From contig CAWFGE010000019.1 in the NCBI GenBank assembly GCA_963815195.1, forward strand, positions 128,001 through 192,000: a DNA stretch of 64,000 bases. Reading direction: 5' to 3'. Below are positions 42,901-52,634 of the stretch, piece after piece. The stretch is from an uncultured Planctomycetaceae bacterium (GTDB lineage Bacteria > Planctomycetota > Planctomycetia > Planctomycetales > Planctomycetaceae). A model generated the notes under the pieces. The model did not search any database and was not told the origin of the DNA. It was given only the letters and a program-made list of their open reading frames with translations. The translations under genes and the position numbers were made by a program. Every line of letters begins with the position of its first letter. Position 1 is the stretch's first letter.

Positions 42901-44905
42901 CGATGATAGCGCTCCTTACAATCAGTTCTCCGGCGGCGTGGGGACGTTGACCTTTGCCGGGAATGCCAACGAGCGTCTGTTTCTCGACCTGAATGCCATT
43001 GGCGATACCATTGTCGAGGCCGATGAGTTCTTTAACATCGAGTTGGACACGATCACTCTCTTCGACAACACCATCGAGTCCGGCCTGGTCACCGTCAGCG
43101 ACGAAAGACCAGGCGATCGGCGGCAGCAGGGTGTGATCCTTAACCACAACCTCAATGGCAATGGCGCTGCCGAAGATACCAGCCTGCTCAGCTTGGCCTT
43201 TGTGGGGAAATTCCCCTCGCCAAATGGCCCCGTTGCACGCTTTCAGGTCACTTCGAGCAATGCCGTTCAAGAGGGATTCCAGGTCGATGTGGTCGTGGAC
43301 CTTGTCAACGGGGCATCGAGCGGGTTGACGTTCGCCGCGTCGAGTTCTCGAGGAACTGCCAATTTTTCGGGCGATGCGGGTGAAGGACGTACCGTCGACG
43401 TCCCGATTCCTCCATCGGCGAATATGATTAGTGCGATGCTGGGGAACGTTTTGCCTTCGGGGGCTGGAGTGAACGCTGGGGATATTATTCCAGGGGCACC
43501 TTTGACGGTCACGCTTCCAGATAACGAGATTTTGGTGGCTGGCCCCGGGCCGGGAAGCCTTCCTTACGTTCAAGTGTTTAAGGGCAGCGAGAACATAGGC
43601 TTCAACGCCTACGATCCCGGGTTTAAGGGGGGAGTCCGCGTGGCGACCGGCGATGTGACCGGCGATGGAGTTCCAGACATTATCACCGCCGCGGGACCGG
43701 GCGGCGGGCCGGACGTGCGGGTGTTCGACGGCGCGACGAACGGGTTGATGATCGCCGGTCCCTTGCGCGACTTCTATGCCTATCCGGGCAACTTCATCGG
43801 TGGCGTGTATATTGCGGTCGCCGACCTGGACGGCGACAACCGGGCGGACATTATCACCGGCCCCGGCGCCGGCGGCGGTCCCAACGTGCGGGCGTTTCGA
43901 GCCAGCGATGGGGCGATGATCATGAACTTCTACGCCTACCCGGGCAACTTCCCGGGCGGCGTGCGCGTGGCCGTCGCCGACGTAAACGGCGACGGGACTC
44001 CCGACATTATTACCGGTCCGGGACCGGGTGGCGGGCCGGACGTGCGGGTCTTCGACGGCACGACGAACGGGAAACTTATCGACGGTCCGTTGCGCGACTT
44101 CTACGCCTACGGCAACTTCACCGGCGGCGTGTATGTTGCGGCAGCCGACTTGGACGGCGACAACCGGGCGGACATTATCACCGGCCCCGGCACCGGCGGC
44201 GGTCCCAACGTGCGCGCGTTTCGAGCCAGCGACGGGGCGATGATCGAGAACTTTTACGCCTACGCGAACTTCACCGGCGGCGTGCGAGTGGCCGCCCACG
44301 ACGTGGACGGCGACGGGACCCCGGACATTGTTACCAGTCCGGGACCGGGCGGCGGTCCCAACGTGCGGGCATTCGATGGGACGAAGAACGGGACGATGAT
44401 CGCGGGTAACTCGGGCAACTTCAATGTGTACAATCCCGAGTTCACGGGCGGCGTGTATGTGGCCGCGACGGACGCAAGCGCGGCCAACTTTGTGGATGTG
44501 ATTGCGGAAGCCGGCCCACGCGGCGCCAACGCGGCCCCTCTAGCGCAATCCGATCTGCCTCCGCTTGTGGACGAGGCAATCCGGGAGTTCGAGCAAGCTG
44601 GCCTTGCTGTTCCCGGGGCCTTGGCGGACGTGCATATTCAAATCGTGGACCTGCCGGGCGATGAACTGGGGGAAGCCATCGGCAACACGATTCTTTTGGA
44701 TGTCGATGCCGCCGGTTTTGGCTGGTTCATCGATCCCACCCCCGCGGACGATGTGGAATTCCAAACGGGCGCTCCCGAAGTCCAGGGACGCGTGGACCTG
44801 CTCACCGTCATCACGCACGAATTGGGTCACGTAATAGGCCTGACACACGACAAGGATCACGCGAGCTTCATGTCTGACCGTTTGCCATTAGGCACTAGAT
44901 ATTGA
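36930..44905 (+). CDS. Giant (~2660 aa) modular surface protein: CSLREA-like caps, beta-helix, choice-of-anchor-Q, Calx-beta, FG-GAP and metzincin-motif domains; frameshift at ~40821
   Basis: EVLEDRTLLS; SLRDAI three times; many GGGI/NSTISGN repeats; LGPLxDNGG...DQRG...VDIGA three times; EGD/EGN...F.VTL Calx-beta-like units; GGV.VA..D.DGD...DIIT repeats; HELGHVIGLTH. Confidence 0.88.
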
Positions 44906-45109
44906 ATTGAAGACGAAGATCACTCGGCACTGGATTCCATCTTCGCGAACCCATCGCTGTCCGAATTGCTATTGTGACTCCGCTCCTGTGACAAACGCTT
45001 TTCCGATTGATGGCCGAACTCGATGAGACAACCTAACAGGTGCCAACCGGCGACGTCGGGTAAAAAGTGCTTGCCGGATCATAGCGGCCCAAAGAGATCT
45101 CGTGGCGAT

Positions 45110-47284
45110 TCAAGGAGGATTGGCGGCGATCACGAGTTGCACGGCATCGACAATGACATAGCCATTGGTGTCGGCGTTTGTGATTGCGATTGTATTTTCG
45201 CCGGATTGGAAATCGAATGTGCCGACCGTTCCGAACATACCGTGGTTGGGTTTCATTTGTTGGTTGACCTTCACCGTCGTGGTTCCGCCTTGGTGCTGCA
45301 CAGTGACGGGCACGTTCGTGGCGCGGTTCCCGTTGGCGGTCCAGGCGATGCGGATTTCGTACCGGCCGGCCTTGGGAACCTTGACTCGAAAACGGGCGGA
45401 CTGCTCGCCTTTGTTCGCGTTGCCGTCGTGCCGATAGCCTGTGCCCACGTAGGGACCGATCACCTGGCTCACCTCCTCAAAACCCTTGTGCTTGGCGTCG
45501 TCGTCATCGACCACGATGCCTTTGAGCGACTTCACGTCCACAGATTGAGCGGCGTGCATCACGGGACCGGTCCAAACCAGGATCTGCTTGTCGGCGAGCA
45601 ATCGCTCGCGGAGTTTGGGATAGTCCACGTCTTGAACGGCCGCATTTGCGTCAATCGCCTGCACGGCCGCCGTCGCCGCCGACTCGCCGAGCACCATAAA
45701 CACCGGCTCCATGCGAATCGAACCAAAAGCGATATGCGAAGCACTCAGGCACACCGGAACCAGTAGATTGTCGCATTCGTTTTTCTTGGGCACGAGGGAT
45801 CGGTAATCAATCGGATACGGCGAAAAGCCGCCGACTTCCACATCGCCTTCGTTCCGGACATGCCGGTCCGCGTCCACGTAGCGCTGGACGTTGTGCGAGT
45901 CCATCGTGTACGCGGCCAGGCCGATGGGACGTTCGGCTTTGGCGCGTCCCTGGCAGTTGTGTTGGGTCATTACATATTCCCCGATCATCCGCCGGGCTTC
46001 CCGAACGTAAAGCTGGTTTTGCCAACCGTTGCCCTCCTCGAATTCATCTTTGCACATCCCCCAGCGGGCCACTTCACGGCGGATGTGATCCGGCACGCGC
46101 GGATGATTCGCCAAGGTCCACATCAAACCCTGCTGGTAGGACTGGTGCCGCGCCAGAATCTTTTCGCGTTCCGCATAACTCGCTCCGGGATAATCATAGT
46201 TCTGCCCAATGAAATCCGTGGAAAAGCCGGTGCGGTTGTTGGTGTCCGTCTTGCGGTTGGGCATGGCGGAGTTGATCCAGGGCATGCCTTTCTCGCCGGC
46301 CTCAAAGTTCCGCAGCAGCAATTCATATTGTAGCGGGTCGTAGTCGGCGGGCCTGGCAAAGGGGATGCGATTTTCCGGATGATCGGTCAGACACATTCGC
46401 AGGCAATAGGCTTGCACCCGCCGATCGCCCGCGCCTTCTTCGCCGGGCCCGTTTGAGTCGATGCCCGGCAGCAGGCCGCTTTGAGGATCGCCGGCTTTCT
46501 TGTAAGGATCGACGCCAGGCGCGAACTGATGATACCGCGCCTGGCGAGTCTGCACGCCGTTGAGGGTTTCCCCGTAGGTCTGATTGCTCTCGCGGCCTAC
46601 GGTGTAGGAAACGCCCGCGGCGGCCAGTAAATCGCCTTCATAAGTCGCATCCAGAAAGACCCGGCCCCGGAACGTGCGGCCGCTTTCCATTGTCATCGCG
46701 ATAATTCTCGGCCCCTCTTTCTTCACGCCTGTTGTCATGGCTTTGGAATTGGGGACGAGCGTTCGATCAAGCCGCTGGTGATATATGACGGGAATCTCGT
46801 GGTCTCGGACCAGATCTTGCATAATCGAGAGCGCCGCCGAAGGCTCGAAAGTCCACATGGTGGCTTCCTTCGCTCCGCTGGGGCTTTGGCCGCCGCCGCG
46901 ATAGGTTTCCCGGCGTTGCCATTTCCAGTGTTTGGGGTCTTCATAGTATTTGCGGACGTGCTGATAGAACTCGCGGGCCACGCCGCCGATGGCCGATTTA
47001 TTGCCGATGTCGGTCTGCCCCAATCCGCCGGTCGTCAGTCCGCCGATGCGGCCTGTAGGTTCGATGACGACGACCGACCCGCCCATCCGCCGCACCTGCA
47101 CCGCCGCCGCAATTCCCGCCGAGGTGCCGCCGTAGATGACGACGTCCCAGGAGGGCGCGGCAGCCAAGGCATTTATGGGTTGAAGCATCAAACTGGCACA
47201 CACCGCAAAGACAAAGCCCCCAGTCAGCCAATGGAAACGGACGGGCCGATGATTTTGGGATGTTTCGGGCAATGAGAGGGACAT
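45110..47284 (-). CDS. FAD-dependent oxidoreductase (xanthan-lyase-annotated family) with C-terminal carbohydrate-binding-like domain
   Basis: DVVIYGGTSAG, IGGLTTGGLG.TD, DATYEGDL, VQAYC.R, YVREARR, SASHIAFGSIRMEP; C-terminal GIVVDD...RATNVPV...DAV; start uncertain. Confidence 0.88.
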   Translation of the reverse strand: MSLSLPETSQNHRPVRFHWLTGGFVFAVCASLMLQPINALAAAPSWDVVIYGGTSAGIAAAVQVRRMGGSVVVIEPTGRIGGLTTGGLGQTDIGNKSAIGGVAREFYQHVRKYYEDPKHWKWQRRETYRGGGQSPSGAKEATMWTFEPSAALSIMQDLVRDHEIPVIYHQRLDRTLVPNSKAMTTGVKKEGPRIIAMTMESGRTFRGRVFLDATYEGDLLAAAGVSYTVGRESNQTYGETLNGVQTRQARYHQFAPGVDPYKKAGDPQSGLLPGIDSNGPGEEGAGDRRVQAYCLRMCLTDHPENRIPFARPADYDPLQYELLLRNFEAGEKGMPWINSAMPNRKTDTNNRTGFSTDFIGQNYDYPGASYAEREKILARHQSYQQGLMWTLANHPRVPDHIRREVARWGMCKDEFEEGNGWQNQLYVREARRMIGEYVMTQHNCQGRAKAERPIGLAAYTMDSHNVQRYVDADRHVRNEGDVEVGGFSPYPIDYRSLVPKKNECDNLLVPVCLSASHIAFGSIRMEPVFMVLGESAATAAVQAIDANAAVQDVDYPKLRERLLADKQILVWTGPVMHAAQSVDVKSLKGIVVDDDDAKHKGFEEVSQVIGPYVGTGYRHDGNANKGEQSARFRVKVPKAGRYEIRIAWTANGNRATNVPVTVQHQGGTTTVKVNQQMKPNHGMFGTVGTFDFQSGENTIAITNADTNGYVIVDAVQLVIAANPP

Positions 47285-47612
47285 GCGGTCTTTACTCCGA
47301 TCCGTTGGTTTCATGCGCTGTGATAGGTTTCGCTCGATGGGGATTGATGATACCCGGCCTCCCGCATCGGTGAAAGCCGAGGGCTGCTCGTGCCCTTGCA
47401 CGTTTTCGACCAGGATTTCTACAACACGCTCTATTTGAATGAGCGTATCGGATACTGACTGAGGACTCGCCGGTAGATGTCCCTGAAAGCCGGAGGTCCG
47501 ACGAAGTCTTCCTCCGTCGAACTTTGCTCCGGCTGAAGTCGCCCCGAGGCCGATCGTCGTCAACCCTACAGCGCGATGAGGGCTCAGTCAACGAGTTACA
47601 GTCCCGTAGGAT

Positions 47613-48386
47613 TCACGACGGAACCTCGCTATCGGAACCGAGGCGCCCCAGGCCCGCGTGCTGGAGTCTGAGTGCCGATTCGTAGCGCGAAAAGGCGGCT
47701 TCGTCGCGGCGACAGCTTTCTCCACGAAAGACCATCGCGAACGCCCGACGATGCCGGTCGACCGTGCGGTTCGGATCGGCCCGGTGAATCGTGTTTCCGT
47801 GATGGGCCACCAGATCACCGACACGAAGGTGGACCGCCCGTTCGGCATTTCGGTCGTCCGACCCGTAATCGGTGATCCCTTGCGAGAATCCCAGCACCTC
47901 CGTCCGGCCGTGAGGACGAATCCCGCACCGATGCGAACCGGCGACGTAGCGCAGGCAACCGTTGTCCTCGTCCACGTCGTCTAGCGCGAGCCAAAGGGTG
48001 GCGACGTTCGGCGGATCGAGACAGAAATAATAGTTGTCCTGATGCGGCGGCGTGGGATGGTCGCAGCCGGGGGGTTTGTTGAACCATTCCGGTTCCTGCG
48101 CATCGGCGGCTTCTCCCAGCAGTCTTGCCGCGAGCTGCCTCCAATGCGGATTGCGTCGGTACGCTTCGAAGAACGGATCGCAGCCCATATGCTGCAACTG
48201 CTTTAGCGAGCCGGGGTCGTTACGGTCGTGGTAAAAGGCGTGCGCATCGGCAAGCGTCGGGACGACCTGGGCGATATAGCGGCCCAGTTCCCGCTCGAGT
48301 TCCAGGAGTTCCCCGCCGGAGAGAAACTGCCGAACGACGACGAAGCCGTCGCGATCAAAGTCTGCCTTAAGCGCCCTATCCGTCAT
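47613..48386 (-). CDS. Phytanoyl-CoA dioxygenase (PhyH) family Fe(II)/2-oxoglutarate dioxygenase
   Basis: FDRDGFVV, KPP....PPHQD, WLALDD...NGCL.YV.GSH, GD...HHG.T.H. Confidence 0.92.
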   Translation of the reverse strand: MTDRALKADFDRDGFVVVRQFLSGGELLELERELGRYIAQVVPTLADAHAFYHDRNDPGSLKQLQHMGCDPFFEAYRRNPHWRQLAARLLGEAADAQEPEWFNKPPGCDHPTPPHQDNYYFCLDPPNVATLWLALDDVDEDNGCLRYVAGSHRCGIRPHGRTEVLGFSQGITDYGSDDRNAERAVHLRVGDLVAHHGNTIHRADPNRTVDRHRRAFAMVFRGESCRRDEAAFSRYESALRLQHAGLGRLGSDSEVPS

Positions 48387-49312
48387 GCCGTTTGGTCCTC
48401 AGCCAGTTGATCCAGAGCCTGTTTTACGATATCGACCCCCACGAGTTCGCTCCAGGCGGCCAGCAATTGCTTCACGACCGGGCCGACTTGCCCATCCCCC
48501 ACCGGCAGCCCGTTGAACCGCGTGGCCGGCATGATGCAATACGGGGTGCTCGTGAAGAAGACCTCGTCGGCGGTGTAAAGGTCGTAGGGTTGCAGTTGCG
48601 TTTCCTCGGACGGAATTCCGATCTGCGCTGCCAGTTCGAGCACCGTGTCTCGACTGACACCGGCGAGGCAGTTCGACGTTGCAGGCGTCTTTAGCACCCC
48701 GCCGGCGACCAGAAAGAGATTTCCCCCCTTGTTCTCGGCCACGTTTCCGTAGATGTCGAGAATCACTCCCTGAGCCCCCTGGTCGACAAGTTTGACTTCG
48801 GCTTCCGCCAGCGTGTAGGCCATGCGGCTCCGGTTCTTGATACGCGCATCGAGCGATTGCGACGGAATCATCCGACTCATCGCCGTCACCGCGTGGCAGC
48901 CGTCGGTGTAGAATCGAGCCCAGCCGCGCAAGTCCATCGGCAGCGTGTAGATCATCACGGTGGCGGGCGTCTGCTGAACCGTGGGATCGGGGCCCGGCCT
49001 CATCAGTCCCCGCGAGATGTTGTGGACGAGCCAGCAGTCTTCGCCGGGGGCGTAGGTCGTCAGGTTGGCGTCCAGCGTCTGCCGTGTGATCCACAACAAT
49101 TCCGCGGCGCCATAGCCGGGATCGATACGAGTCACCTTCAACGACTTGAACAGCCGGTCGATGTGCTGTTCGAGCTTGAAGGGACGATGCCCGAACGTGC
49201 GGGTCGATTCGGTGACCGTGTCTCCCAAGAGAACGGCACTGTCGAAGATGGAGATCTTCGCCTCCGCTTCCGGAACCAATTGGCCGTTCAGATAGACCCG
49301 TCGTGATGACAC
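48383..49312 (-). CDS. PLP-dependent aminotransferase class IV (IlvE/Dat/PabC family)
   Basis: VYLNGQLVP..A.ISIFD, HIDRL, DARIK, AENKGGNLF, CLAGVSR, ADEVFFTST; GTG start after GAGGAG; ATGA overlap with the PhyH gene. Confidence 0.92.
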   Translation of the reverse strand: MSSRRVYLNGQLVPEAEAKISIFDSAVLLGDTVTESTRTFGHRPFKLEQHIDRLFKSLKVTRIDPGYGAAELLWITRQTLDANLTTYAPGEDCWLVHNISRGLMRPGPDPTVQQTPATVMIYTLPMDLRGWARFYTDGCHAVTAMSRMIPSQSLDARIKNRSRMAYTLAEAEVKLVDQGAQGVILDIYGNVAENKGGNLFLVAGGVLKTPATSNCLAGVSRDTVLELAAQIGIPSEETQLQPYDLYTADEVFFTSTPYCIMPATRFNGLPVGDGQVGPVVKQLLAAWSELVGVDIVKQALDQLAEDQTA

Positions 49313-49601
49313 GGCAACTCCTCGCCTCATTTTGTTATTATCTCAAAGTGGAAACGGTCGCGTGGCTGGAGCGCAAATTCCTCTTTGGACAGGCGTAATT
49401 TGCAAACACTGGGGCAATGGACGAGCTAGAAAATTGTCACACGGCCCCAGCGCTCAAAACCCTTTTTGTCCTCGGGACTTTCTTTTGCGCCCCAGCCACC
49501 CTTTCACCGTCGCTTTACAGTTTGAGTTACCATTCTCAGGATGATAGCTTACTCATCGGCCAGGCGGATTTCACCTCACTCGGTTCAAAGGGCGACGGAC
49601 C

Positions 49602-50961
49602 ATGACGGACAATTCTTCAGGCAGCCAGGATTCAGGACGGGTGCGGCGTTCGATGGCTCTCTACCGCCGGGCCGCAGAGATCATTCCCGGCGCGACGCAG
49701 CTCATCAGCCGCCGGCCGTCGAAGTTTGCCTGCGGCGTGTCGCCGGTTTATGCGGCCCGCGCGAAGGGCTCGCGGATTCTGGGATGTCGATGGGAACGAG
49801 TACATCGACTGGGTCAGCGGCATCGGAGCCATTATCCTCGGATATGCCGATCCCGTCGTGAACGACGCCGTCGCTCGGCAGATGGCCGACGGCACGATCT
49901 ACTCGATCAATCACGAGCTGGAACTCGAACTGGCCGAGTTTCTCATCGAGACGATCCCCTGCGCCGAGATGGTCCGCTACGCGAAAGGAGGCGGGGAAGC
50001 GTGTGCGATCGCGGTCCGCATCGCCCGCGGAGCGACGGGCCGGGACAAGGTGCTGTTCTGCGGATACCACGGCTGGCACGACTGGTACTTGGCGGCGAAT
50101 CTGTCGGCGGAGGCCGCGCTCGATTCGCATCTGTTTCCCGGCATCGAACCGATCGGTGTGCCGCGGGCGCTTAAGGGAACCGCGATTCCCTTTCCCTATG
50201 GAGACCTCGACGCTCTCGCCACGCGGCTCGAAGACCATCGCGGCGAGGTGGCGGCGATCATCATGGAGCCGCTGCGAAGCGAAGAACCGCCGGACGGTTA
50301 TCTCGCGGGCGTTCGCCGGCTGGCCACCGAGTTCGATGCGGTTCTGATCTTCGACGAAGTCTCCACCGGGTTTCGCGCTTCGGCCGGCGGAGTCCAACCA
50401 GTCCTCGGCGTGATCCCCGACATGGCGGTGTTCGCGAAGTCGATCTCCAACGGTTTTCCGATGGGAGCCGTCGTTGGGAAGAAGGCCGTGATGGAACCCG
50501 CCGCGAGAATGTTCATTTCCAGCACCTACTGGAGCGACACGATCGGCCTCCGCGCCGCATTGACCACGCTCAAGGAGGTTGGCTCCCGTGATGTGCCGGG
50601 GACCGTTCGCCGCATCGGCGCGGCGATCAAGTCCCGGCTCAATGAACTGGCGGAGGACTGGAACGTGCCGGTCACCTGCGGCGGAATCGACTACCACCCG
50701 CATCTGCATTTTCACGTGGAGGACGCGGTGCTGAAATCGAAGCTCAAAACATTGTACATTCAGGAAATGGCAAAGCGCGGCTGCCACGGATATCCAGCGT
50801 TCTATCTCAATGCCGCCCAGACGGACGCGGACATCGAACACACCGTCCACGCCGCGCGCGAGGCTTTCTCCCTGATGGCCGAAGGGCTAAAGCGAAACCG
50901 CATCGACCGCCTGCTGGAATGCGAGCTCCAAGAAGACGCATTCCAACGTCTCGTCCGCTGA
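49602..50961 (+). CDS. PLP-dependent aminotransferase class III (GSA-aminomutase-like); frameshift at ~49776
   Basis: IPG, WDVDGNEYID, CGYHGWHDW, AAIIMEP, LIFDEVSTGFR, FAKSISNG. Confidence 0.9.
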
Positions 50962-51074
50962 GAACGGAACCCAGACGGTCAGGGTTGGAATTTGTCGGTA
51001 TTGTCGACGCCCGAAGCCGTCCGTGTTACAAAGGACGCAGTTGCATTACCACGAGCTTACCTGGAGCGTCAACC

Positions 51075-52541
51075 ATGAAAGCGATTTTGCCCATCGTGAT
51101 TTTTTTCGGCTCTTCGTTATCGTTCGCCGACGATTGGCCCCAGTTTCGCGGTCCCAATTGCAGCGGAATTTCCACCGCGATGCAGGAACTGCCCGTGGAG
51201 TTCTCCTCCACCAAGAACGTGAAATGGTTCGCCGAGATGGGCGACGGGATCGGTAGCCCGGTCGTGGCGGCGGGGCGGGTGTTTGCCTCGGCCATGAAAG
51301 ACGACCACACGGTGGCTTTGCTGGCTTTTGATGTCGAGAGCGGGCAAAAGCTCTGGGAACGGAGTTGGGAAACCGGCCAACTGCCCGAGGTGCATCAAAC
51401 GAACAGCCACGCCAGCACGACCCCCGCCGCCGATGCCGAACGCGTCTATTTCTACTTCAGCACGTTGGGCATGTTGGCGGTCGATGCGCGGACAGGCAAA
51501 GACGTCTGGCGGAAAAAACTGCCTACGCCGTTCTTTGTGTTCAAGTGGGGGCCGGGCATGTCGCCTGTCCTCTACAAGGACCTGGTGCTGTTCTGCCAGG
51601 ACGATGATTTGTCCCCGGCGTTTTACGCCTTCGACAAGAGGACCGGAGGGATCCGCTGGAAGGACGACCGCAGCGACATGGCGGTGAACTATTCCCATCC
51701 CGTGGTCTGTTCGACGGACAACGGGGATGAAATCGTGGTGGCCGGCACGGGCATTCTCGTCGGCTACGACCCGGCCACAGGCCAACGGCTTTGGAAAGCC
51801 AAAACGCTTCTGCGGAACATCAAAACCACGCCGGTCGTCGTGGGGGATGTGATCTACATTTCTTTGCAGAGCGCAGGAATCGCCAACCAATGGCTGGCCA
51901 CGGCCGATCGTTCCGACACGGGCAACAACGACGGCAAGCTTTCCAAGGCCGAGATGCAAGCCTTTGTGGGGGAGCGAAAAATCCCGGCGGAGTTTTTTCG
52001 CCGTACTTTCGACCGCGGCGACCTGAACAAGAACGGCGTGTTGGAAGGCCGGGAGTTGGATGCCGCTTTTCTCGATCCCGAAAACTTCGCCGGGGCCCGC
52101 TTCGATGCCGAGGATCCCGCGGACGAATTGATCCTCGCGGTCAAAGCGGGCGGACGGGGCGACGTCACCGGCACCCACGTGCTCTGGAAACACAAGACCA
52201 AATACACCGACCACATCGTCTCGCCGCTGGTGTCCCAGGGCCGCATGTTTCTGCTCAAAGGCGGCGGGATCACCACGGTATTCGATCTCAAGGACGGCCG
52301 ACCGCTCCGTAACGTCAAACGCATCCCCAACACCAGCAACTACTTCGCTTCGCCCGTCGCCGGTGATGGAAAGATTTTCGCGGCGGGGGAAAACGGCGTC
52401 ATTGTGGTGCTGGAAGACGGCCCGGATTACAAAGTCCTTGCCGAAAACGACCTGGGCGACGACATTCTGGGCACACCCGCCATTGCCGACGGCCGGCTGT
52501 TCGTTCGCACGCGCGGCCGGCTGTATTGCCTTGGAAAGTAG
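51075..52541 (+). CDS. Secreted PQQ-like beta-propeller protein with an EF-hand-like insertion
   Basis: DDWPQFRGP, SPVV, STTP, YSHP, YFASPV, TPAIADGRLFVRT; GNNDGKLSKAEM and DLNKNGVLEGREL. Confidence 0.88.
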   Translation: MKAILPIVIFFGSSLSFADDWPQFRGPNCSGISTAMQELPVEFSSTKNVKWFAEMGDGIGSPVVAAGRVFASAMKDDHTVALLAFDVESGQKLWERSWETGQLPEVHQTNSHASTTPAADAERVYFYFSTLGMLAVDARTGKDVWRKKLPTPFFVFKWGPGMSPVLYKDLVLFCQDDDLSPAFYAFDKRTGGIRWKDDRSDMAVNYSHPVVCSTDNGDEIVVAGTGILVGYDPATGQRLWKAKTLLRNIKTTPVVVGDVIYISLQSAGIANQWLATADRSDTGNNDGKLSKAEMQAFVGERKIPAEFFRRTFDRGDLNKNGVLEGRELDAAFLDPENFAGARFDAEDPADELILAVKAGGRGDVTGTHVLWKHKTKYTDHIVSPLVSQGRMFLLKGGGITTVFDLKDGRPLRNVKRIPNTSNYFASPVAGDGKIFAAGENGVIVVLEDGPDYKVLAENDLGDDILGTPAIADGRLFVRTRGRLYCLGK

Positions 52542-52634
52542 CCGGCGATCCGCCGTGTTCGCGCATTGATTGCATAAGAGTAAATTGATGGAAATCCGAT
52601 TTACGTCCCGTCTCGAATGCGGAAAAGCAGAGAT

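Noticed and set aside
44903..44905. Selenocysteine recoding of the TGA
   Set aside because: No redox-motif context and no convincing SECIS hairpin downstream.
47456..47590. Calling the structured element 6S RNA, HEARO/omega RNA or a known riboswitch
   Set aside because: It is shorter than a typical 6S RNA, I recognise no conserved motifs, and no IscB/TnpB gene is nearby; kept only as an unassigned finding.
49602..50961. Assigning hemL
   Set aside because: It lacks the HemL N-terminal PGGVNSPVR and has YHGWHDW, suggesting a different class III subfamily.
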